This document shows positions 8,513 through 17,883 of a stretch of DNA of 64,000 nt, in pieces. The stretch is from Bacteroidota bacterium (lineage in GTDB: Bacteria > Bacteroidota > Ignavibacteria > UBA10030 > UBA6906): assembly GCA_017860635.1 (NCBI GenBank), contig JAGDMK010000001.1, positions 15,727 to 79,726 of the forward strand. The letters run 5' to 3'. The translations under genes were made by a program, and so were the position numbers. Numbering within the stretch: the first letter of the stretch is position 1; every line of letters starts with the position of its first letter. A model generated the notes under the pieces. That model searched no databases. It was not told the origin of the DNA and saw nothing but the letters and a program-made list of their open reading frames with translations.

Positions 8513-10729
8513 ATGACGACTCAATTCATCTGTCTTGCACTCGTCATTGTTCTGCTTTGCCCCTGTGTGCCAGCCCAATGGGTCCAAACGACCGGTCCTG
8601 GTGGTGGTAATATCGGCGCCATTGCCGTCAGTGGCACGAATGTGTTTGTGGGGACAGGCTTCCCCTTTTTTGGTGTTCACAATGCCGGTGGTGTCTTTCG
8701 CACAACGGACGATGGAGCAAGCTGGACCGCGGCCAACTCTGGTCTAACGGACATGTGCATCGGTTCTCTTACGGTCAGTCCCGCCTCCGACGGGGCAGGT
8801 GGGGTGAATCTCTTCGCAGGGACTCTCTGCGGTGGAGTCTTACGCTCCACCGACAACGGGACAAGCTGGACTGCTACAAGTTTGACGAGTGCGTTTGTCA
8901 CCTCTTTTGCCGTCAGTGGCACAAATCTCTTTGCGGGGTCCCCCGGACCTACGTGATATGGTGGTGAGACCCCAGGTGGGGTCTATCGTTCAACGGACAA
9001 TGGTAGCACCTGGACTGCGGCTAGCTCAGGTCTATCGAACTCGGTTGTCCGTTCTCTTGCCATCAGCGGGACGAATCTCTTCGCGGGGACTGACGGCGGT
9101 GTGTTTCTTTCTACCAACAACGGGATGAGTTGGAGTTCGGCCAATAGCGGTCTGCCCCTCCCGGACCAGTTCGGCAATGTTGCTAGTGTCATGTGTTTTG
9201 CGGTCAGCGGCGCGAATCTCTTTGCGGGCACTGGTGGTGGCGGGGTCTTTCTTTCCACGAACAATGGGACAAGCTGGACAGAAGCCGGCTTGACAAATAG
9301 TCGAGTTGGTGCTCTTGCTGTCTCCGGCACGAATCTCTTCGCGGTGACAGGCAGGTTTCTTGACAGTGGAGTCGTCTTTCGTACCACGGACAATGGTACA
9401 AACTGGACTGCGGCTAGTTCAGGCCTGCCGAACATGTGGGTCCGGTGTCTTGCTGTCAAAGGGACGAATCTCTTTGCATGCGGTGACGGCGGTGTGTTTC
9501 TATCCAGTGACAGCGGCACAAGCTGGAGTTCGGTCAACGCTCGTCTACCGAACACGGAGGTCTCGTCTCTTGCTGCCGCTGGGACAAATCTCTATGCGGG
9601 GACACGCCATTTCGCCGGTTACACTCTAGCCGTCTTTCTTTCAACCGATTTCGGGACAGACTGGGTCGTGTACAACGAGGGTCTGACAGACACGAGGGTC
9701 AGGGTTCTTGTTGCCAGTGGGATGTATCTTCTTGCTCAGAATGATAGCGGCGGTGTCTTTCTTTCCAGGGATAGCGGCAAAAGCTGGACCACGGCTAGCT
9801 CAGGTCTGACGAACACGTATGTCAGCTGTCTTGCTGTCAGCACATCCTCCGACGGGACAGGTGGTACGAATCTCTTTGTGGGGACTGGGTACGACGGTGT
9901 ATTTGTTTCCACCAATAACGGTACAAACTGGAATGCGGTCAACTCTGGTCTAGCCAACACTCGTGTATTGTCTCTTGCAGTCAGCGGGACAAATCTCATT
10001 GCAGGCACGGAAGGCGGCGTGTTTCTTTCCACGAACAGGGGAACAAGCTGGAGTCCTGTCAAATCAGGTCCAATAGGTACGTATGTGAATTCCCTTGTTG
10101 TTGGCGGGGCGTATATCTTTGCGGGGACTTACAATGCTGGTGTCTTTCTTTCCACTAATAGTGGGGTAAACTGGACTGCGGTCAATAGTGGCCTCCCAAA
10201 AGACCAGAACGGCATTCTGCCCCATGTCATGTGCTTTGCTGTCAGCGGCGCTAATCTCTTTGCGGGAACTGACGGCGGTGTCTTTTGTACAACCAACGAC
10301 GGCGTAAGCTGGACTGCCGTCAATACCGGTCTGACAAACACTTCTGTCGAGGCACTCGCCGTATCGGGCGCGTATCTCTTTGCAGGCACTGATGGGGCAG
10401 GTGTGTGGTGCCGCCACTTGTCGGAAATGATTACCTCGGTTGAGCCCGTGGTGACCGAATTACCGCACGAGTTCTTTGTCCAACAGAACTACCCCAATCC
10501 CTTCAATCCGAGCACGACCATCACGTACGCGCTACCTAAGTCTTCAGAAGTCAAATTGAGTGTCTTTGACATGCTGGGTCGTGAGGTCTCTGTCTTGGTA
10601 GGCGAGAGCAAAGATGCGGGGGTCCACCAGGTCAAGTTTGACGGTTCGAATCTTGCGAGCGGAGTGTATTTCTACAGATTAAAGGCGGGAGTTTTCGTAG
10701 CGACGAAACGACTGCTTTTACTAAGATGA
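8513..10729 (+). CDS. Secreted BNR-type beta-propeller with T9SS sorting domain; in-frame TGA at 8954-8956, predicted selenocysteine (U148; 738 aa on read-through)
   Basis: ORFs 8513..8956 and 9101..10729 share a frame with no other stop between; read-through YGGETPGGVYRSTDNGSTW continues the repeat; SECIS-like hairpin follows. Confidence 0.8.
8954..8992 (+). promoter_or_regulatory. Putative bacterial SECIS element 2
   Basis: TGA + 10 nt + perfect AGACCCC-AGGT-GGGGTCT hairpin; possible lower stem ATGGT/ATCGT and TGA/TCA. Confidence 0.78.
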
Positions 10730-10995
10730 AATGGGCACCAGGCGCACACTGCCAGCAGTTTTCTGCTGTGAAAAAGGCACAATTGATAGTTTCTTACGCA
10801 TAATTGGTGGCAGAACCTCCCTCGGGGGCATTATCTTGTCACCATCGAACAATACATGCCCCACACACGCTCTGACTTGACACAAGAGTCGACGCGCCGC
10901 CAAGTGTTTCTACAATATCGTCTCACCCGACGGCCTACCGAGTCCTGCCTCAAGTCAGTACTCTCCTATAGCAGTCGCGTTAAAAGGAGGACAAG

Positions 10996-13305
10996 ATGAG
11001 AACCCCCACCACCTGTCTCGCACTCGCATTTGTCCTTCTACTCCCCTTTGCATGTCCACTGTGGGGTCAGCCCGACACACATGTTCTGAACGTGGAAACG
11101 GAAGTTCCTGCAGGTCCTGTAAGCGGTGTGTGGACGTTGGCAGGCTCTCCCTACCACGTCAACGGGACCGTAACAATTCCGAACGATTCAACACTCATAA
11201 TAGAGCCTGGGGTGGAAGTCGTTTTCATGGGGCACTACAAATTGAATGTTGAGGGAAGACTGCTCGCTATTGGATCATTCAGTGATTCAATCCGATTCAG
11301 GGCCGTGGATACACAAACTGGCTGGCACGGGATACGGTTTGTCAACACTCCGAATACCAATGACACTTCCAAGATTGTCTATTGTGTCCTGCGCAACGGC
11401 AAGGGGAACACAGGGACCGGTTTCGACAGATGCGGTGGTGCGATGCTCATTGCCCAGTTCGACAAGGTCTTAGTTTCCAATTGTCTCTTTGATTCCAACA
11501 TGCAAACCTTTGAGGGTTGGAACGATCTTCTTCCCCAAGCTGGTCCAGCGATCTACATATATCATGCCTCACCAACAATATCACAGAGTACCTTTACACA
11601 TCATGTAGGTTCCCTGGGTAGCGCAATTAGCTGTCTACGTTGTCCCCATCCCATCATATCCAGGAATGTCTTTACAGAGAATCTCGGCATGGGTGGCCCC
11701 GTCGTTGCTCGTGAGATTGGCAGCCCCATCATATCCGGAAATGCCATCTATGGCAACATCGCTACGTATGCTGCAGGCGGGATTGCTGTCGAAGCGGGAG
11801 CGACTCCTAGGATTGAAAACAATATCATCGTTCATAATCGGGCACCGTTTGCAGGCGGCATCTGGTGTGCAAGTGGGACAAACGTAGTGCTCCTGAACAA
11901 TACTATCGCCTATAACACTGCTACTGACCGAGGGGGCGGCATTGATTGTGATGAGAATACCGACGCAATTCTTATCAACAATATCCTCTACGGAAATACC
12001 GCCGCTTATGGGAGTCAAGTAAATGTTGTTGATGTCCAATCAGATCCTGTGTTCCTGTACTGTAATATCCAGGGAGGGAAGGCGGGATTTGCGGGTACCG
12101 GAGCCGGAGCCAACTATACCGGGCTCTACAAAGACAACATTGTCATTGACCCCTTGTTCGTGAATGCAGCCGCGGGCGATTTTCGCCTTTCGGACTCTTC
12201 TCAGTGTATCGGTTCTGGTATCGACAGTATCGAAATATCAGGGGTGTGGTACTACTCTCCTCTCTTTGCCTTTGGGGGAAATGTCCGTCCAAACCCCGCC
12301 GGTTCAAGGCCGGATATTGGCGCGTGGGAGAGCATTCTGGGTTATCCAGTGACCGGTCTGAGGTACCCACATGATGTGAGACTCTCACGATGTGGACGGG
12401 ATACCCTGAGGATCACCGCACGGCTTGAGAACCCGCTTGCGCACGCTGTAGTTGTTACGGGCACACTGACTGCGGGCACGGGTGCGCTCATCGACAGCGT
12501 GTTCCTAAAGGATGATGGCCTCCACGGCGACGGCACATCGGCCGATGGGTTCTGGGGATGCCACTATGTCCCCAAGAAGGACGACACGATCAATGTGACT
12601 ATTCGAAAGGATGACTTGACTGCAGGAGCGTCATTGACGTTACCAACTGCCGCTACCTGCGTATTCACGCGAGGTCCGATTCTTAGTGTTGACACGAGGA
12701 CTGTAAATTTCCGCCAGATCGCCAATACCCTTCAGAGCCGCGACACGACATTCATGGTGCGAAATGTCGGCTACGCTGAAGACTCCGTCTATGTGACTCT
12801 GGATTATGTGAATGTGACGCCGGATTCGGCCATTGCTGTCTCTCCCGTGCAGTTTGTGCTTGCTGCGGGGGATTCTGCGAAGTTGACATTCCTGATTCGG
12901 CCACAACTCCTGGTCCCGCAATACTATTATGCATTGGTCCTCGTGCAATCCCGATTCGGTTTTGCTGATGTACTCTTCTCAAAATCGATGCTGTTCCAGG
13001 TGGTTGTCGGCACCAATGCCCCGGCGTCCGAAGAGCTGCCCGGGCAGTTCGCGCTGGATCAGAACTACCCCAATCCCTTCAATCCGAGCACGACCATCAC
13101 GTACGCGGTGCCTACGGCATCGGAAGTCAAGTTGAGCGTCTACGACATGCTCGGTCGCGAGGTGTCAGTGTTGGTGAATGATAGGAAGGATGCGGGAGTT
13201 CATGAGGTGCAGTTCGAGGCTTCAGGACTATCCAGTGGAATGTATTTCTACCGACTGCAATCGGGAGACTTAGTCCAATCGAGGAAACTGACGCTTTTAA
13301 AGTGA
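10996..13305 (+). CDS. Secreted parallel beta-helix protein with Ig-like domains and T9SS sorting domain
   Basis: Signal peptide; NNxIxxN repeats; DPLFV...DFRL...S.CI...DIGA motif; LKDDGLHGDG motif; sorting domain. Confidence 0.85.
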   Translation: MRTPTTCLALAFVLLLPFACPLWGQPDTHVLNVETEVPAGPVSGVWTLAGSPYHVNGTVTIPNDSTLIIEPGVEVVFMGHYKLNVEGRLLAIGSFSDSIRFRAVDTQTGWHGIRFVNTPNTNDTSKIVYCVLRNGKGNTGTGFDRCGGAMLIAQFDKVLVSNCLFDSNMQTFEGWNDLLPQAGPAIYIYHASPTISQSTFTHHVGSLGSAISCLRCPHPIISRNVFTENLGMGGPVVAREIGSPIISGNAIYGNIATYAAGGIAVEAGATPRIENNIIVHNRAPFAGGIWCASGTNVVLLNNTIAYNTATDRGGGIDCDENTDAILINNILYGNTAAYGSQVNVVDVQSDPVFLYCNIQGGKAGFAGTGAGANYTGLYKDNIVIDPLFVNAAAGDFRLSDSSQCIGSGIDSIEISGVWYYSPLFAFGGNVRPNPAGSRPDIGAWESILGYPVTGLRYPHDVRLSRCGRDTLRITARLENPLAHAVVVTGTLTAGTGALIDSVFLKDDGLHGDGTSADGFWGCHYVPKKDDTINVTIRKDDLTAGASLTLPTAATCVFTRGPILSVDTRTVNFRQIANTLQSRDTTFMVRNVGYAEDSVYVTLDYVNVTPDSAIAVSPVQFVLAAGDSAKLTFLIRPQLLVPQYYYALVLVQSRFGFADVLFSKSMLFQVVVGTNAPASEELPGQFALDQNYPNPFNPSTTITYAVPTASEVKLSVYDMLGREVSVLVNDRKDAGVHEVQFEASGLSSGMYFYRLQSGDLVQSRKLTLLK

Positions 13306-13431
13306 ATTGTGACTCGAAGTGGGAGTCGGTGCGCCGTCAGGTGTTTCCGAGGTACCGGTCTACCTGATGATACGCTAATATCCTGCGGGCGCCAGGCTCT
13401 TGCGATTCTGTTGCGCTGAGAGGAGGCAAAA

Positions 13432-13551
13432 ATGAGAAGCCACTCACTCTGTCTCGTACTCGCCGTCGTTCCGCCTTGTCCCCGTGCGTTCGCTCAATGG
13501 GAGGGAGCCGGGGAAATGCAGTGTAGTTGTGAAGCCGGTTACAGGAGATGA
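13432..13551 (+). pseudogene. Orphan signal-peptide remnant of a beta-propeller paralog (39 codons)
   Basis: AGGAGG RBS then MRSHSLCLVLAVVPPCPRAFAQW, resembling MRSQFMGIALAVVLVCACAPAQW of the 17884 gene; TGA overlaps the next ATG. Confidence 0.6.
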
Positions 13552-15566
13552 GTATGAAACGAACCATCGTGCTGCTTCTGATGGGTTGCTGCGCTGCGGC
13601 ACCGGCGGTGTGCGAGCAACTCCAGCGTCCCTCATTCGAATTGAACAAAGAAACACTAGTGAAAAGTGAAGCGCGGCGCTACGCGCTGCTAAGGGGGGCG
13701 CTTCGCAAACCCGCCTCCGACCCGAATATTGACGTCACATACTACAAACTCGATCTTACCATCACGACAACCCCCAACTATCTGAGGGGGGTAGTCACGA
13801 TGAATGCACTCAGCGTGGTCGCCAGTCTTACGGCCGTCACGCTCGACCTCATGAAGAGCATGACCGTTGACTCAGTGAAATCTGGCGGCACGCAGCTCGC
13901 TTTTGTACAGCAATCAGCGACAATGACGGTCACACTTGACCGCAGCTATATCAACGGCGAACTCGTCACAATGGATATCTACTATCGTGGTGTGCCGGGA
14001 AGCAGCGGATTCGGCAGTTTCACGTTCAGCTCTTACGATTCCATGCCGTGGATCTTTACGCTCAGCGAGCCGTACGGTGCAAGGGATTGGTGGCCGTGCA
14101 AGGATCATCCTGCGGACAAAGCAGATTCGGTGGACCTCTGGGTCACGGTGGACAGCACCCTCAAAGTCGGGTCAAACGGAAGACTTGTTGAGGTGATCGA
14201 CAATACAAATGGTACGAAAACCCACCGCTGGAAAGAGCAGTATCCAATCAGTACATACCTCGTTTCCCTCGCGGTCGGAGACTATGCTGAATTCACCAAT
14301 TGGTTCAAATATTCCCCGACCGATTCCATGCCGGTGTTGAACTATGTCCTTCCCGAACATCTCACTGAGGCGCAGAGAGATTTGCCGAAGACCGTGGATA
14401 TGCTGAAGATTTATTCGAATGTCTTCGGCCTGTATCCTTTCATTAACGAAAAGTACGGACATTCCGAGTGCGACTTGCGCGGAGGAATGGAAAACCAAAC
14501 CATGACGTCCCTCGGCGGGTTCTGGTTCTTTGGCATCTTTATTGGGTTCAGTGATGAACTTGTTGCGCACGAGCTTGCCCATATGTGGTTTGGAGACATG
14601 ATCACATGTGCTGATTGGCCGAACATCTGGATGAATGAAGGTTTTGCGACGTACTGCACGGCACTTTACTATGAATGCATGTACGGCACGTCAAGGTACA
14701 CAGAATACATGAGTTCGCTAATGGGCCGAGCGAAAAGCGCTGTCGGTTCTCTCTACGTTCGCGATACCCTCAACACCCTGTTCGACTTCAATCGTGTGTA
14801 TGCCAAGGGCGCTTCAGTTCTTCATATGCTCAGGCATGTTATGGGAGATACACTGTTTTTCCGGTCGCTCAGGGCGTATGCACAAGACTCCCGTTTCAGA
14901 TTCGCCGTGGCGACGACAGAAGACTTCAGGCAGGTATGTGAGAATGTGTCCGGGAGCCAACTCGGCTACTTCTTCGATGAATGGGTATACGGTGAGAGTT
15001 ATCCTCGTTACACCTGCACGTGGAAACGTGAGCAAGGTGTGTCAGGTTATGATGTCACATTCCGTCTCAGCCAAACGTCAGGTGCAACAACAGGTCCCAC
15101 GTTCTTCTCTATGCCCATGGATTGCAGGCTTGCCTGCACCGGGTGGGATACAACTGTGGCGCTCTTCCATTTCTCGGATGGTCAGCAATTCACCGTGACG
15201 ACATCACATATGCCGGACACACTTCAACTTGACCCGGACAATTGGATCCTCCGCGAGATTCAAGTAGTCCTATCCACACCGAACGACGCATCGGAGTTAC
15301 CCAAAACGTTTGCTTTGCACCAGAACTACCCCAATCCCTTCAACCCGATCACGACCATCACGTACGAGTTGCCCAAGTCTTCACAAGTGAACTTGAGTGT
15401 CTACGACATGCTCGGACGGGAGGTGTCAGTGCTTGTGAACGAGAGAAGGAACGCGGGAGTTCACGAAGTGAAGTTTGACGGCTCTGGTCTTGCGAGCGGA
15501 TTGTATCTATACCGGTTTCAGGCTGGCGATTTCGTGGCGACGAAGCGACTCCTGTTCTTGAAGTGA
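13548..15566 (+). CDS. Secreted M1 family aminopeptidase with T9SS sorting domain
   Basis: GGMEN and HELAHMWFG...WMNEGFA zinc motifs; YAKGA; sorting domain. Confidence 0.92.
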   Translation: MSMKRTIVLLLMGCCAAAPAVCEQLQRPSFELNKETLVKSEARRYALLRGALRKPASDPNIDVTYYKLDLTITTTPNYLRGVVTMNALSVVASLTAVTLDLMKSMTVDSVKSGGTQLAFVQQSATMTVTLDRSYINGELVTMDIYYRGVPGSSGFGSFTFSSYDSMPWIFTLSEPYGARDWWPCKDHPADKADSVDLWVTVDSTLKVGSNGRLVEVIDNTNGTKTHRWKEQYPISTYLVSLAVGDYAEFTNWFKYSPTDSMPVLNYVLPEHLTEAQRDLPKTVDMLKIYSNVFGLYPFINEKYGHSECDLRGGMENQTMTSLGGFWFFGIFIGFSDELVAHELAHMWFGDMITCADWPNIWMNEGFATYCTALYYECMYGTSRYTEYMSSLMGRAKSAVGSLYVRDTLNTLFDFNRVYAKGASVLHMLRHVMGDTLFFRSLRAYAQDSRFRFAVATTEDFRQVCENVSGSQLGYFFDEWVYGESYPRYTCTWKREQGVSGYDVTFRLSQTSGATTGPTFFSMPMDCRLACTGWDTTVALFHFSDGQQFTVTTSHMPDTLQLDPDNWILREIQVVLSTPNDASELPKTFALHQNYPNPFNPITTITYELPKSSQVNLSVYDMLGREVSVLVNERRNAGVHEVKFDGSGLASGLYLYRFQAGDFVATKRLLFLK

Positions 15567-15968
15567 GCGCGATATCAGATATAGTCCAGCAGTAGTCTTA
15601 TCATACGCGCTCGTTGAAGCCGGAAGAGATTCCGGCTTCTTCATTACTCAGCCGACAGTGTTCAGAGCAATCGAAAATCGATGGTCTACAATCTGTAGAC
15701 CAAAGAGCGAGTTGGTCTACAAAAAGCAAGGTGCACAAACATTCGAAATCGGGAATCGGGTAGTGTTCACAAGAGTTTCCCGTCGTTCGACTCTTGACGC
15801 TGAATCGCCAGTACCATTCGAATCATTTAGAATCCTCCCTGCCTGCCGGCAAGCAGGGATTTTCAGTATTGCATCCTCAATCAGCCCCCCCCAGCCAGGG
15901 TTTTCTCTTCCATGCAGAACCCACTTGCCGCCTGAACCTGGCCCTGATACGCTTTCCCCATCCCGTCG

Positions 15969-16107
15969 TTGAAATTGCCTCTGAGCTGGGGTATATTTGG
16001 CAGTTGTGCTCACGATGGCTCCTTCAGCCATCGAGCCGCCGCTGTTTGACCCTGTAGTAGTTCTACCGCTCTAGAGCCTTCCCCGACGACCCCTGGCTGC
16101 GAGCTTC
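15969..16107 (+). promoter_or_regulatory. Sigma70-type promoter + conserved leader element, copy 2
   Basis: TTGAAA-17-TATATT then GATGGCT..AGCCATC GAGCCGCCG leader. Confidence 0.7.
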
Positions 16108-16481
16108 AAAATAGCCCAAAATCCTCATCCGGTAAGAAAACGAGACGGTTCGATTCAGCCGTCAGTTCTGGCCCCCCCCCGGGGGGGGGGTAGGGGATCA
16201 CTATCTAAGATGTAAAGCCCAGTGTCACAACAAGATGCGGAGCAATTGTCGCCCTTGAGTAGGGCACAATTGATAGTTTATCACGCAGGAGTGGTGGAAA
16301 AGCATCCCCCAAAGGCGTTATCATAGAATCGTCGGCGAAGGCGCTCCCGAAGCGCGTTCTGACTTCATGGAGGAGTGAATGTGGCGTCTCATTTCTCGTG
16401 GCGCTGTCCTTTCCGACGATAGATCGAGTCCAACTTCTAGTCAATGATTTTCTCCTTCATCTGCGTTCAAAGGAGGAAGAA

Positions 16482-17729
16482 ATGAGAGCCCAACCCATTT
16501 GGCTCGCTTTTGTGCTCCTGTTGTCCTGTTCCTGCGTGACAGCCCAATGGATTCAAACCTCCCTTGACAGTTGTAGCATCCATTGTTTTGCCGTAATCGG
16601 TACGAACCTCTTTGCCGGCACTTGGAACTGCGGCGTCCTACTTTCGACCAACAGTGGCGCAAGTTGGACACAGGTCAACAATGGCTTGCCGGACAGCCCT
16701 GTTGAGGCTCTCGCAGTCTCCGGCACAAGCCTGTTCGCGGGGACCAATGACAGCGGGGTCTTCCTTTCGACTAACAGTGGCGGCACCTGGAAAGAAGTCA
16801 GCTCAGGACTGTCGAAGAGATACAACAAAGCCCTGGTTGTGAGTGGCACAAGACTCTTTGCCGGGTCTTGGGACCAGGGTGTCTTTCTGTCAACAGACAG
16901 CGGTACCAGCTGGTCTGCAGGAAGCGAAGGACTACCCGAAGGTCCACCCAGATATCCCAGCATTGAAGCTTTTGCCCTAATTGGCACAAGTCTCTTTGCC
17001 GGAACATACGGGCATGGTGTCTTTCGCACGACATGCGATGGCGCTAGCTGGACAGAGGTCAATTCCGGTTTAATCGGAAATGACATTGGCTGTCTCGCTG
17101 TACTCGGTGCAAATCTCTTTGCTGGAACAGTGTTTTGGAGTCGTGGCAGTGTCTATCGTTCCACCAACAATGGTGAAAGCTGGACTGAGGCTGATTCCGG
17201 CTTACCGGGAGCCAGTGTCGCATCTCTTGCCGGCTCAGACGGGATTCTACTAGCTGGAACTGAAACAGGTGCGAGGGGCAGTGTCTTCTTGTCTACCAAC
17301 TTTGGTGCATGCTGGTCTGAGTTTAGCTCCGGCCTGCCGAATACTGCTGTCAATTCCTTGGTTATCTCGGCTCTGCATATTTTCGCCGGGACTCCCATTG
17401 GCGTCTGGAGACGACCTTTGTCAGAAGTTGTTGCGGCGGTCGACGCAGGGACAGACGACCTGGCAGATGCGCTCTTGCTTCAGCAGAACTATCCGAACCC
17501 GTTCAATCCCAACACGACCATCAGGTACGAATTGCCCGTATCCTCAAATGTCAGGTTGAGTGTGTACGACATGCTTGGACGCGAGGTGTCGATGTTGGTC
17601 AACGAGAAGAGAGATGCAGGAGTTCACGAGGTGCAGTTTGGTGGGTCGAATCTCGCGAGCGGAGTGTATCTCTATCGACTGCAAGCGGGTGATTTTGTCC
17701 AGTCGAAGAAGCTCGTGATTTCAAAATAA
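16482..17729 (+). CDS. Secreted BNR-type beta-propeller with T9SS sorting domain (paralog without internal TGA)
   Basis: AGGAGG RBS, signal peptide ending AQW, NLFAGT..GVFLSTxxGxSW repeats, WRRPLSE linker, sorting domain. Confidence 0.9.
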   Translation: MRAQPIWLAFVLLLSCSCVTAQWIQTSLDSCSIHCFAVIGTNLFAGTWNCGVLLSTNSGASWTQVNNGLPDSPVEALAVSGTSLFAGTNDSGVFLSTNSGGTWKEVSSGLSKRYNKALVVSGTRLFAGSWDQGVFLSTDSGTSWSAGSEGLPEGPPRYPSIEAFALIGTSLFAGTYGHGVFRTTCDGASWTEVNSGLIGNDIGCLAVLGANLFAGTVFWSRGSVYRSTNNGESWTEADSGLPGASVASLAGSDGILLAGTETGARGSVFLSTNFGACWSEFSSGLPNTAVNSLVISALHIFAGTPIGVWRRPLSEVVAAVDAGTDDLADALLLQQNYPNPFNPNTTIRYELPVSSNVRLSVYDMLGREVSMLVNEKRDAGVHEVQFGGSNLASGVYLYRLQAGDFVQSKKLVISK

Positions 17730-17883
17730 GTATTAGGTGATACTAACTACAAATAATGTGGGACTCGACGTGGGAGTCGCTCCGCCGCCGGATGTATCTG
17801 CAATATCGCCTTGCCCGGCGGCAGGCGGAGTTCTTTGTCTGGTCAATAGTGTGCTCCAACGATTGCGTTGAAAGGAGGATAGA

